From assembly GCA_002633005.1 (NCBI GenBank), contig NMRA01000009.1, forward strand, positions 1,334,761 to 1,398,760: DNA of 64,000 nucleotides, written 5' to 3'. Position numbers and translations under genes: made by a program. The notes under the pieces are model-generated. The model did not search any database. It was given only the letters and a program-made list of their open reading frames with translations, and was not told the DNA's origin. Positions 36,001-48,900 of this stretch are shown one piece after another. The DNA comes from Phoronis australis (taxonomy: Eukaryota; Animalia; Phoronida). Each line of letters opens with the position of its first letter. Within the stretch, counting starts at the first letter, position 1.

Positions 36001-39000
36001 CCACAGACAGCAAGCTTCATTCCCACATCGATGTCATTAATAGCGGGAGCCAGAATTCCTGGGCTGTCGAATACATACATCTTGGGAGTGTCACACACCT
36101 GCAAAACACCTAATACTAGAAAATCAAATCCTTCATAATAATAAACAGTATTCTCCATGACCTGTTCTAACAGGTTGCCACGACCTGTTTGATTTTGCCT
36201 CTGACCTGTTCAAATAGCACATGACACAATTGATTTTTTTATTTTGAACAAAAAGTAACATCATTTTTCTTTTTTTCTCTATGATATGAAGAGCTGCACA
36301 CTCTCTAAATTTTCAAGGTGGTTGTAAATGCAACATGTTTGAATTTTTGAGTGTGGAGAACACTGATAACCTGAAATGACAAAGAAGCTCCTTCAGTCCA
36401 AAGAACAAAGAAAATTTATTAATTAATGTCAGTGGTATGACCAGAAAAATGTTCTAGTTCGTGAGAGCAACAAAACAAATCATCAAACTTATTTCAAAAG
36501 TTTTGATATTATACAATTATTGACTTACAGTGAGGTCAATATGTTGGTTTTCAGACCCCAAAAATGTAGCCTGAAGAGCAAAATATTGACCGGCAATAGT
36601 TTTTATATTTTACCATTAGCTTATTAATTCACGGAAGTACATTATGTTTGTACATCTTATGTGAATCACTTGTTCAGTCACTCAGTTACCACTTTTTAAC
36701 CCGAAACTTCCAAGAGATACCCAGAATGACAAAAGAATAAAAAATTATATTTTGGGAAAGATATCGTGTTTTGAGGTCATACAATGGTCATTTATAATAC
36801 CAAAAAATCGACAGACATCATATAGTTTTATCAATGCGATCACAAGCTGCATGTTAGTATACTCAGAGTGTATACGTGTGCATATAAACATGTGTGGGCG
36901 CATAAAAACAGTGTTTACCACATTCGAGCGTCACTCTTGATATTGTGTACAGTTGAACATTATCTGAGTATTTTCAATTAGTCCCACATACCCTTATTCT
37001 TTCAAGCACACTTCTTGTAACGCCAGCATGAGGTGCCACAGCAGTAGCCTTCCCACCTATCAATTTATAATTACACAATTTTGTTACAACTGACCTAAAA
37101 TTAGAAGATGGAAAATGATCAAGATCAATTTTTTCAGTCTTAATTAATATTCAAAAATCAGGCAATATTTGTGAAGTGAAATTATCGCATCTAGTGAATG
37201 TTATGTCACCTTGACTTTGTGTTAGCTGACAAAAAGCATAAAAATCTTCCAATTTTCTATTGACCCAGCAGTAAATCACACTGCACACATTGAGTGGGAG
37301 TTCATTCAAAATGACATCAAGTGCTCAGTTGCATCACAAAAACGCTCGTTAAAATAGGTGACGAGATTTGAGAACAGATCACTGACATTTTGATTTCCCT
37401 CATCCACAAAACTAATCTTACAGTAAAAATTCTCCAGTTTGGGAAGCCTATAAAATTTGGAACATTGAAAATCAAGCCAAAATTGAATTTCCTTGATCCT
37501 GAAAATTGGGACATGGGTAATTTTGGCATTCACTATATTTCTAAGATATTGGACACTGCACTTTTTAATAAGTCTGACATAAAACCATCAAAAATAGATG
37601 CCATTGAAAAACATGCCTTTCTCATAATTCTTGCATTTGGGACAGTCAGTATTACCAATTATTTCTAAAATTTGGTGAAACACAGACCTTCAGCAAAATA
37701 ATTAATCTTCGACTATCTCAAACTGAAGAATTTTTACCATAGCAAAAGTAGATTAGTTGTGCTTAAGGACTTACGCTTCTTCAAGTTGCGCTGCCGTAAA
37801 TGATTGATGAGTGATGATTTTCCAACATTAGGCACACCAATCACCATTAAGTTATATTCATCAACCTAAAGGGAAATTAAAGAAAAAAACGAGAGCGCTC
37901 GGAGGAGCGACACTTGGCGGAATTAATCGAAAAGACGACGAACAAGATATCATTCATGTGACTAGTGAAGAAATCAGATAGAGAGCATACAATCAACTAC
38001 AATAAAGAATGAAAGCCCGTTCAAAACTCTATCTAAAGTGGTAGCTTGGCAAACACGATAACATTCATGTGACTAGCGAAGAAATCAAATAGAGAGCATA
38101 CAATCAACTATAATAAAGAACAATAGATGGCGCAACATGACGGTCCAGTCTGCAGTAGGACAGTGCCGGCTGGGTCAGTCTGGGTCAACTAGGCATAACC
38201 AAAATAAAGTGAACTGAAAGCCAGCCAGTTGCGTCCTATAATAGGTGACCGAAGGAACAACGGCATTCGAAAATCTCGAATAATTCAAAAGTAGACGTTG
38301 TAGCGCAAAATGGAAAATATCGTCTGAAAGCCAGTCCACAACTCTACGTACGTTGATAGAGCATACAATCAACTACAATAAAGAACAATAGATGGTGCAA
38401 CATTACGGACGAGGCATGCTTTGCAGTGGGACAGTGTTGGCTGGGTCAGTCTGGGTCAACTAGGCATAACCAAAACAAAGTGAGCTGAAAGCCAGCCAGC
38501 AGCGTGTGACCGAAGGAACAACGGTATCCGAAAATCTCAAATAATTCAAAAAGTAGACGTCGTAGCGCAAAATGGAAAATATCTCCTGAAAGCCCGTTCA
38601 AAACTCTATCTAAAGTGGTAGTTTGGCAAAAATCCAAAAATTTTTCGAGAAAATTGAAAATTTGCCGTTTTTTTTTTGAAATTCAAAGTCAAATAACTCG
38701 AAAACGGTAAGTCTGAGAAATACGCTCTCGCAGACTTTTTGAAAGGCCATACTTCAAGGAATCCACATGCAAAAATTCACGTCATTTGCTCTTCCCATAA
38801 AAAATGCAACACCAGAGCGATTGAAACCGTGTGAACATGCCCCACAGCCGCCATCTTGAAAGTGATTTCCGGTTCAACAATTTTTATAAAAGCTTATTAA
38901 ACTCAACAAACACGTGACCAGTTTGAAAGTCATTGGTTTGCAAATGTGCCCTCTACAGGAGAAAACGTTTTTAGCCATATTTCGGGGTGCGCATGCGCCA

Positions 39001-42000
39001 CGTCCAATATTTCCGCCATCTTGAACCGGAAGTCAACGATTTTCTGCACACTTGTAGCACATGCATTCTAGTATATTCGTACCGATTTTCAGCCATGTAG
39101 GTCGAAAAATGCGGCCTTTACGAGCATTTGACTGTGAAATCGGATACAAAATGGCCGCCACGTCCGCCATTTTTTAACCGATCATGACCAAAAACAATAG
39201 GCTTCCAGGACTTTCCGATCTACACGTCGTGTGAAAATTTCGTGAAAATCGGACCAAAATTGCGACCTGTAGAGTGCGAACAAACAAAAAAAAAAAACTT
39301 GTTGTCAGATCAACATACTTGGCGGAAGAATTCCGCCGAGTAACAATGTTCATTAGAACCATGGAAAATGCCCATAAATTTCCAGTTTAATCCTTGTTTA
39401 ATATCAAGTTTAAACTTATAATGTGTTTATAATGTAACCCATTTTGCACAAATTTTCAAGTAAACTTGACATTGCTATGAATAGTTGGGAGTTTCGTTAC
39501 GTACCATTTTTTTCTAGATTCACTGTAAGATGCCAGTTTTTACGACATTCATCAAGCACATTAAGTTTTCGTTGTAGCTCAATTAGTGTCTCCAGTTGCA
39601 AAAACTAGGCAGTTAACCTTAGCATCAACATAGATTCCTCTGCTACTACGCTCTCTTAAATCAGAAACGACCATGCTCAAACATAGAGAATAACGATGGG
39701 CTTAGAATGCACGGTAAATGCCGCGATGGAAAGTGCCTCCTTTTCCATTTGGGCGTAACAAATGTAATGAATGAAGTTTCGTCTCCGAACGAGAGCTACT
39801 GGTGTGTGTGATTGGTCAATCATCCTGTGGGAAGGTGGGTTCAAGCCAATATTCACTGCAATCACACTACGGGATAAATTCCTTTGTAGGGTCATATTAT
39901 GCCATCTCTGGTACATCTTCGTTACATAAAATTGCCCTGGACTGTCAAAACCAAAAAACTTCCAACATCAATATCTCATCTAGAATAATGTTCAATTAAA
40001 CTTGACTTACAAGCCTATTGAGTTGGAACACAATACTAATGTTGTGGTAGGAAATGGCTCAGAGCCTACAATCACACAAAGGAATCAGTAGTTGAAAGAC
40101 AAGTCTAATTTTTTGAAAGTTAACCGTTTTTCTCTGTTTGAAGCTTTTTGGAGATAGAATTTCATAAAAAAACACATCTTCTACTTGACATTAGTAGAAC
40201 GTCGTTTGGAAACAGTCGGTTTGCGTCAGGTGGGCTGTTCACAAAATAATTGCTAGATTACGTGAGCTTATCAGATGAACGCAGACAATGAGAGGAGGAT
40301 TATGTAAACATTGGTTTGCTAACATTCTCCCCTTGCTATCACTGTCAAACTGATAATGACAAGTCTGTAACCCAAGTTCCTGATCACCGAAATGGGGAAA
40401 CTCTACCAAAAGCATGACAACGTAACGTACAAAATGTCGGTTTTGGTAGTTGTGGTACAGAACTTGAACATGGTAAAAGCATTATTTGGTGATACGTTTA
40501 CGAAAAAATGAGAGACAAAAATTTCACTTGTCCGCCATGTCATATGCTAAATTGGTTGTGAACTTGAATATGTTTCTGTCATCATCCTACATCGTCTGTC
40601 GTTATCCATCATGCATCATCCTCAGTCATGCATCATTGTACATCAAGCATCATTCGTCACTGTCATCATCCTCCATCATTATTGTCATCGCCAATCATTC
40701 ATCGTCATCCTAATACATGATCCTCGTCTTCCACTGACCATCATCCTCCTCCTGCTCGTTGTCACGGCTTATCTCTATTAAATGACAATGTCACAATGGA
40801 ATGAAATTTCCAATAACCTTTAATACCTACTGAATCCCTGTGAAATCGTGGTGCAGTTTCCATCATTTCCACAATGGTTGGAATGAGCTGAAATGACACA
40901 TTTAAATATTTACGAGGCATTTGCAACTAAACGGCAACAGACAAAATGGGCGACTCAAAATTCCCCAAGTGGTGTTAGAGACACAACAGTTTTACTTGTA
41001 TAAATACATGCCACTGGAGGCACTTGGACCATAGACAATCCTATATTGATGAATTGTTTTCTGATCTCAGTCTATTCTAAAGCTGAAATTGCCGTTCAGC
41101 TGAACATGAATTGAAAGGTACCTTGCGTAAACTTGAGTCTCTGCCGTTTTTGCAATTAGTAAACATCACATGTTTGTAGCCCTGCTCTTCAAGTGTCGCT
41201 TTTACAGTGCGTGCACTCTTTCCATCAATGAGATCAACCTTATTCAACATCAGAATGTGTGGCCGTAATAGCAGTGAATCTCTGAAGTGTTCATTACGTC
41301 CTGAGAAAGGNNNNNNNNNNNNNNNNNNNNNNNNNNNNNNNNNNNNNNNNNNNNNNNNNNNNNNNNTCATCCTCCTCCTGCTCGTCGTCACGGCTTATCT
41401 CTATTAAATGACAATGTCACAATGGAATGAAATTTCCAATAACCTTTAATACCTACTGAATCCCTGTGAAATCGTGGTGCAGTTTCCATCATTTCCACAA
41501 TGGTTGGAATGAGCTGCAATGACACATTTAAATATTTACGAGGCATTTGCAACTAAACGAGAACAGACAAAATGGGCGACTCAAAATTCCCCAAGTGGTG
41601 TTAGAGACACAACAGTTTTACTTGTATAAATACATGCCACTGGAGGCACTTGGACCATAGACAATCCTATATCGATGAATTGTTTTCTGATCTCAGTCTA
41701 TTCTAAAGCTGAAATTGCCGTTCAGCTGAACATGAATTGAAAGGTACCTTGCGTAAACTTGAGTCTCTGCCGTTTTTGCAATTAGTAAACATCACATGTT
41801 TGTAGCCCTGCTCTTCAAGTGTCGCTTTTACAGTGCGTGCACTCTTTCCATCAATGAGATCAACCTTATTCAACATCAGAATGTGTGGCCGTAATAGCAG
41901 TGAATCTCTGAAGTGTTCATTACGTCCTGAGAAAGGTATCTAAGTCCCAGTTAAGAGAACAATTGAGTTACCTTGAGCATAGACCATAAATAACAGATAT

Positions 42001-45000
42001 AACAGATTTGTAACCTCAGCTATTTTGTTACGAAATTCCCAGCAAAGACGCTACTTGCTAAGTGTACCAATCTTAGCTTTCGGTTAGTGTATTCCGATGG
42101 GAAATTCTGCTTAGCAGTATGGAAAAAATCGGCAGTAAAAGCTGCTCAGCGTCTTCCTTTTGAAGAATTCTTTGTGTCCTGAGCACTTTGGGAATTCGTT
42201 GGGTCCAATTTCAAACCTGCCTATACCACTTCAGGACGAAACCTTATTTGTTATCATCAGAATACCAATTAGCACTGAATTGTTGTCAGTAGACTGTTAT
42301 GAAACACTCAGGGTAAGGTGCGTATTACCGTACCTTGTTTTGTGATAATTGCAGGTATTTCCAAGGTTGTGTATTCAAGATTTCAAGTGAAAAAACACTA
42401 TCAACAGTCAATGAAGGGTTTTAGTTGAAAAACGTTGTTTGACATTTCAAACTTGGATCCTGATTCAGAATTCTCAACTTGAGTCAATTGAACATTGACA
42501 TTTGGTAGTGAGCAACACATTGCATCGACCACAACTTGAGAGGTAAGTGATCAACACAAATTTCTTCAAAAAATGTGAGAAATCAAAAAACATTGTAGCT
42601 GGGGATATGCTACAACTGTCATTCTGTTGTCTGATTATGTTATTAAAATGAAGTTATCTCCCATGAAATTTAAGATTAACTTGGTCAAGAATCGGCAAGT
42701 ACCCAAATCACCGACCAGCATGTTTGGCAGTCAATGTGTAAGTTCCAAAAGGTGCATTTAGTACTAAAGAGTTAAAATCCAGGGTCACACAAATGTGGTA
42801 TCTGACAAAACAGCATTGTAACGTTCAGGAGAAAAGACTGAATCTTTTCAAAGAACCTTAAAATGCTTCACACAAAATACGCATAACTCTCATAAAAACA
42901 GTTGAAGGATACTCTTGCATCATGCACTTCTATAATACAGTCAGTCTCCTTCAGTCTTTGTTGTAGTTGTCTCATTCCTGTAAACAATCCATGATCAAGT
43001 TAGCCTGACCAACACCACACTTTAATGTTAAATCAACTCAAGACACTGCAGTAAACATGATCTGTTTAAGATGAAAGGAAATTCATAAATCTCAAAATAA
43101 ATATTTGGTAGAGTGTGGGGTAAAATGGCCATGTCTCCTATGAAGCACCTGCGTCCACTACTACAAATGGAAAACAACAAAAGGGTAGTATGGTGTCAAG
43201 AGTGTTAAGAAGCCTAGAACTTATAATGGCATTGTCCTTGCTGAGAGAAAGCAGGGTAAGAGCATAACTTCAGGGCGAGTGTTGTCACCCCCTCCCCCCC
43301 TATAATTGTCGCTTATGTTGGGCAAAGCGTGAAAAATGAGTTGGAAATGGTAAGAAAGAGTTGGGTATAGAGGTTCATTCAAAATAAGTATTAACATTCA
43401 AAATTTAAGGTTTGAAAGAAAAATGATAGTAAAGCTCTGTAAATAACAGCTTTGTTTCTTTTGAAGTTAGTTCTTCATACAGCAAGCTGGCTGACTGGCT
43501 AACTCATTGAAGCCTAACCACAGGCATGTTCATCAGCTGCTGGACATTATACTCAATAAAGAGAAACGTGTATGACTGCTATCCAATGTGGTCGCCCATT
43601 AGGCACTTCTGGAACAACTCAAAGCATGTCAATTTGAGAGCAATTCATTCCGCAAATCTTATGCTAATAAGAGTTGCATACAAGTGGTCGAGAAAGTGTG
43701 CACTGTTCATCCCAGAGTATCCAGTAAAATTTCTCGGCACATCATAAGCTCGATGGTGACATCAAAGATTGAAGTGAGCTTAAATCGCTATTCACAGGCT
43801 TGGCTGAATGTGTTGGATGAGATAATTGCTATCGTAAACCAACATCCTTGGTTAACAAAAAAATGTCAAAGTCAAAAAATGAACAATAAGTAAGGCTAAC
43901 GACCAACATGACTGTTTTTAAAATTGAAAAGTAAATAGTAAGCATCTTTGAATTTTTAAAATCGATGTATTAATACCGTAATAGAAATTAGCGAATATGT
44001 TTTCTTCAGTATTACCAGCATTAATTTGCGAAGATAAGGACAGGTTAGTCACAGTCTGGCTTAGGTTTGCTTAGGTACACTTGGGCATTAAGGTAACAAG
44101 CCCAAATGTTGTCTCATGTAATGGTGTCACACATTTATTTCCGACTGCAACATGTTCATTGTTTACATTTGCTGACACTGACACCAATTATTCCATCAGT
44201 TTGCTTAATTCAATCAGCAACATTCACGTCAGTGTGTCTCGGCCAACTTTCTTCATTTACATAAAACAATACGCATGCCCGTCAAGCCACTCACTATATC
44301 CCCAGAATAGTTATATCAACTAAAAACAGCAACAGTAGAGACAGAGCTCCAGAAGCACATTAATTGTGCTCAAGCAAATAGGTCAACTTTTTCTGGGGTC
44401 TCCGAATTTCCTCCCCTTCCTCCTAATCACCAAGTACAACCACAGAACCACATGTATGTGATTTAATTAGTTGAATGGTGGTCTCAAAATGAGTCGAATT
44501 ACAAACCAGAGTTAACCATGTCTGTGATCTCATCACGTCAGGTCAAACTGGGGGTCAGCTCATCACGATCACGAATTACCATCACAAGCCTCTCCCATGT
44601 CGACGTGTACCCCCGCATCTAAGTTGTAGTTTTCAGTTGATGTAAGCACTCACTGGCCACACAAGCATGTGCATTGGTGGACGTGAACGGAGAAAGTATA
44701 CCAAGACAGTTTGTCGAGAATGTTGCCGATTGAATTAAAAAAATCTGGAGATGATTATGGTATATATTGGTGTCGGTGTCAACGAATGTAGCCAATAAAC
44801 GTGTTGCAAAAATTCGAAGATAAAATTACTCCCAGATGGACATGTTTTGAGTTGCTTCAGTTCTAAGTGCCTGGTGAGCGACCATATTGGATAGCAGTTG
44901 TACACCATTCTCTATTATAGTTAGCCTTGGTGCAAACCTTTATACTAAATATAGTTTTACAATAATGTGGGTAAAAAACAGGCCAAATAAATGTGATAAA

Positions 45001-45565
45001 AAATTATGGTCATTAAAAACTGAAAAAACTGAACATTTCCTAGAGTAAACTAAATTATTGACCGAAAAATTGGCGTTCCAGAGCTGAAGTTGTGGACCGA
45101 CTGGCTTTCAGCCCCATGTCATATTCCCTGGCGGGAGCAGATGGCCAATTATCCATTTGAACAACTGAACGAAGGACTGTTAAAAAAGTTTGATACAGGA
45201 CTATCAGGAGTATTTGTTCCGAGTTGGAAGGAATTAAAACATTGACGACCTCCTAAGGTGTCCCTCTATATGCAAAATGTACTTATAGCAACATATGACT
45301 TCGATGGTTTAAACCAATGAGAGCCATATATAAATTCACATTGAAAAGCTTCCTGAGCGTAGGAAGGCCCTATGGGAGTACCACCGTCTCCGCTGCTATT
45401 GAAATAGGCCTAATACTAGTAAAAAGAGTAAGACTAGGACTGACTAGGTGTCTATGGACCAAACTAGTGATCCTAAGAAGTACCTTTTACCATATGTCCT
45501 GGAAACCAGTTCTGGATGTCTTTTGTAGAGAACTGAAATGACGTTCGAAAGGTTCTTAAGCTCAT
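33024..45565 (-). CDS. MTG1: Mitochondrial ribosome-associated GTPase 1 (RbgA/YlqF family), 9 exons, ~328 aa
   Basis: Exons 45565-45484, 42977-42913, 41939-41748, 41513-41457, 37865-37775, 37056-36992, 36098-36002, 35177-35096, 33279-33024 (987 nt). Motifs [16 protein letters not shown] and circularly permuted G motifs NKVD (G4), GVPNVGKS (G1), AGVT (G2), DSPG (G3); also [18 protein letters not shown] and FRSGTLG. Confidence 0.93.
37883..39346 (-). mobile_element. Complete Helentron-associated (HINE-like) element of a second family in MTG1 intron 4
   Basis: On minus: 5' subTIR plus adjacent inverted copy ACTCGGCGGAAttcTTCCGCCAAGT (39341-39317); 3' subTIR TTCCGCCAAGT (37922-37912), then stem-loop CGCTC-CTCC-GAGCG and a T-run. 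Internal tandem duplications of ~110 and ~270 bp lie at 37945-38630. Confidence 0.78.
40741..41310 (-). repeat. Duplicate of the MTG1 exon 3-4 region abutting a 56-N gap
   Basis: Matches 41367-41936 (offset 626) with about 5 substitutions, all intronic; the gap spans 41311-41366. Confidence 0.9.
41940..42912 (-). other. U12-type GT-AG intron in MTG1 (HDAR/IP junction)
   Basis: The 5' site is GTATCCTTC. The branch site TTCTCTTAAC (41959-41950) lies 10 nt before the 3' splice junction, with no pyrimidine tract. Confidence 0.9.
43640..44000. repeat. Dispersed repeat, inverted partner of 55860-56210
   Basis: AACGACCAACATGACTGTTTTTAAAATTGAAAAG, TTGGCTGAA.GTG.TGGATGAGATAAT and CCCAGAGTATCCAG appear as reverse complements at 55860-56210. 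Confidence 0.7.
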
Positions 45566-45986
45566 TTCCCAGATCTCTTTTAGAGGACCTGTTCACCAGT
45601 AAACTCCTCAAAGTTTCAAAACTAAGTCAAACGCAGATCAAGGGCGCAGACATGTTGGATTTTCAAAAAAATTGACTTGGCGTAAAAAGTTAAATATCAC
45701 ATAAAAGTCAATAAACTCATATTAATGCTCTTTTACGCATATTTTTACAATTTATACCACAAATTTAATTCAAATTTAAATATAATTTAAAATAAAAGCT
45801 TCATTGGACATTTAGACTTTTGTAACCTTACGCCGCAATTACATTTCGCAACTTTTTCACACCCCGTCTACCCAACCACAACAAGTTGGAGTTCGTGAAC
45901 AGGGTGGTTATTAGAAGCTCTCGGTTGGCAGCTCACGGGGTTTAGCGCAAGCGTGCGGTTGTTCAATGAAGACTAGTGTGTGAATC
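45566..45986. promoter_or_regulatory. Probable bidirectional promoter of MTG1 and TBC1D2B
   Basis: Divergent start codons only 421 bp apart; an AT-rich core (~45700-45800) flanked by CpG-richer sequence. Confidence 0.7.
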
Positions 45987-48900
45987 ATGTTTTACTGCGG
46001 CGTTGAACCTCTGGATGCGGCTGTAAACGATGGTGATTCCGTGGAAACTACACCAAACACGCTGTCGAGTGAACTTGGACCAACTCCACAACAAGGAACA
46101 GGAAGTGTCAATCAGCAAGATCAGAGCACTGATAGCCATGTGTCTAAATTGTGTGGATACTTAAACAAATATAAAGTTGGTTCTAGAGCATTACTGAAAA
46201 CCTTCAAAACGCGATGGTTTGTTTATGAACCCAATAGGTGTAAGCTGGTTTACTACAGGAATGCTCAAGATTTACTACCTCTTGGAGAAATTGACATCTC
46301 CAATGCTTCGTTTTCTTTTGATGTACAAGAGAGTTGTGAAAGACCAGGCTTGTTTCAGATAAGGTAAAAGACATTGTTTAGTGTTGACCTAAGTACATTA
46401 TGGTGGCACTGTCAATGAAATTCTGATTTTATGGCTCAAATGACAGTCTTCACAGTCAGTTGCAAGAGATGCNCGACCAAGTTCACTTGGTCGGGTAGCC
46501 TACTTGGTCTGCGACATCGCTAAAATGTTAGGCCTAACGTGAAGAAAATGGTATTACTGGAAACTCGGTGCATATTTTATTCCATTAAAGTCAACTGTGG
46601 TAGTTTTTTAACGTTTGTCTCCTTCAAAACAAATGCCCTAAAAATGCCTTCAAACCATTACGAAAACCTCTTGTTTGTATGTCCTTTCTTTCTGCTATGA
46701 GGCCAAAAAATTTTTGGTTGTTGTCTCTGTTTTACTGAAAATTAAGTAGGTGGTGTGGTATTTTAGTTGCTCTCTTTTTTCAGAAAAAGAAAGCCACCTG
46801 AGATGACCAAAACTGGTGCGAGACTTGTTTTTTACTCATTGCTTGACAAATCATGGCATCTCAAACATTGCTTACCCTTGCATAACTTGATGTGCGTGGG
46901 CATTTTTATTTTTTTAGTTGGTGAACGCAGGTCTCAAAGTAAGTAAGGCACAGAATAGAACCAGCTGTGGCTTTTTTGGCCTAACCTGAAATGAAGATCC
47001 CTGGATTAGAGACCCTGATTTTATGGGTTTTATGTTTGGTAATCAGTTTTAGGAAACCATACCACTTTTCCTGTTTTGTCATTTAGCAATTATTTTACTG
47101 CCAGTATTTCAAAGTTATAAATTACAGTAAACGTTCGGGTTAATGTCCATGTTTACTTAACCGCCCATCCCCAACTTTTGGTGGATTTCCAATTTAAGCG
47201 CCCACTGCTTAGTTAAGTGCCCCTCTGCGATTTTTGAAGATTTCCACTTAAGCGCCCACCTCTCGGTTAGGCGCCCATTCCCGTCTTTAAAGATTGAAAT
47301 AAAGCGCCCACGTCTGGTTAACCGCCCATTCCCAAATTTTTTGGGTTTCCCAATTTAACCGCCCAGGGCTGTAACCCGAATGTTTACGGTACTTATAAAT
47401 GTTGCAATTTTGACTTGCTCTTTCCAGTGCATTTATGGAACAACTCTGTTTTACCAACTGGTGGTTTATTGCACGCCATGTTGGTTGTTTCACAACCAGC
47501 AGAAATCACTAAAAGAACAGCACCACCTTCAGAAAAATCATTGTCAATCAAGTTTCGACCAGAATTGATCTCACATAATGAATTTTGATGGATTATATTT
47601 TTAGCTTTTTATAATTAAAAACGAGAAAACATTGCACTGAATTATGAAAATGACTACTCAGATATATAATTCCATTTGAAACCTATTATTTCAATTTTGT
47701 ATATTCCACCTTTTCCATTATGGTGGAAAACCTCTGTCTACTAGACTGGTATTCTTCCTTTTTGAATGTGACCAGATAACAATTATTGTGTGATATGACT
47801 TGTGATAGATTACCTTTTCAACAGTCCTGATATCTGGGTTTAACCTTTTAAAAATGATAACATTGTCTATTGAGTAGAGTATTTCTAACTAATTAAAGTT
47901 CAAATTTTATGGCTAATTTTAATTCCATGTTATGAGCCCTGCTTGATATTTGAAAGAGGGCATCTTTTTACTTTTTAAAACCATTAAAACTTTAAACGTA
48001 TATCACATTTCTTAGGTACTCAAAAATAATTACCATTGCAAAAGGCCTTCTTACTCTCTTTTATTTACTGATTTCACTGCAGTTTGTGTATTGTGACATA
48101 TTCCACAATGTTTGATTAAGATTGTTATCAACCGGTATTATTTAAGGGTTTCATGCCAACAGCAATTTTCCACCAGCAAATATTAAGTCTGAGCACTCAC
48201 ATGCTGGAGAAACCCTGAATCCTTGTCTACAGTATGGAAACATCAATTACATTAAATTATATTTAGGAATTGTTGAGCTCTCCTTTAAGGGCTGAATTAC
48301 TGGGATTATCAAAGTTGTTTCTTCTTTGCATTATATGTGAAAAATACTGCAGATCTTTATTAATTTTTAAATTGTTTTAGTATAAGCTGTTGAAGAACCT
48401 TTAAGGATATCAGTTTAACAGGACACAATGCTCTGCACACTACTGTGCAACAAAGACAAGCTAGTAATTAACATACTTGGTATGTTTAAGCTCAGAGAAA
48501 AATATCCGATTGCCTTTCTGTACAACATCCCACTGAGCCATTGTCTCCACTAGTTTCTGTTGTCCATAGTTTTCTCACTTCCTGGTAAATTCAGGTTGTG
48601 CTCATTTCCTTGTGTTTAGATATTGCTCTTTTGTAAAATTGTTCAAGCAAATTTCATGTCCATCAAAACAAGCAAAATTGCATCCGTAAGCGTTCATTCC
48701 CAGTAGTTTGTCATGAAATTTTCTGTATGTCGCCCTTCCAATTTTGAAGAGTCAGTGTGGCCTAGTGGGACAAGTGTTCACTTCCTTTGCTCAAGGTCGT
48801 GTGTTAGAGTCTCACTAGGGCACTCTGCTAGACCCTTGAGTCAGGTCTTTAGCTACTTGTGGCGGTTTTATCTATTAATAAAGCATAAAAATAGTTCCAG

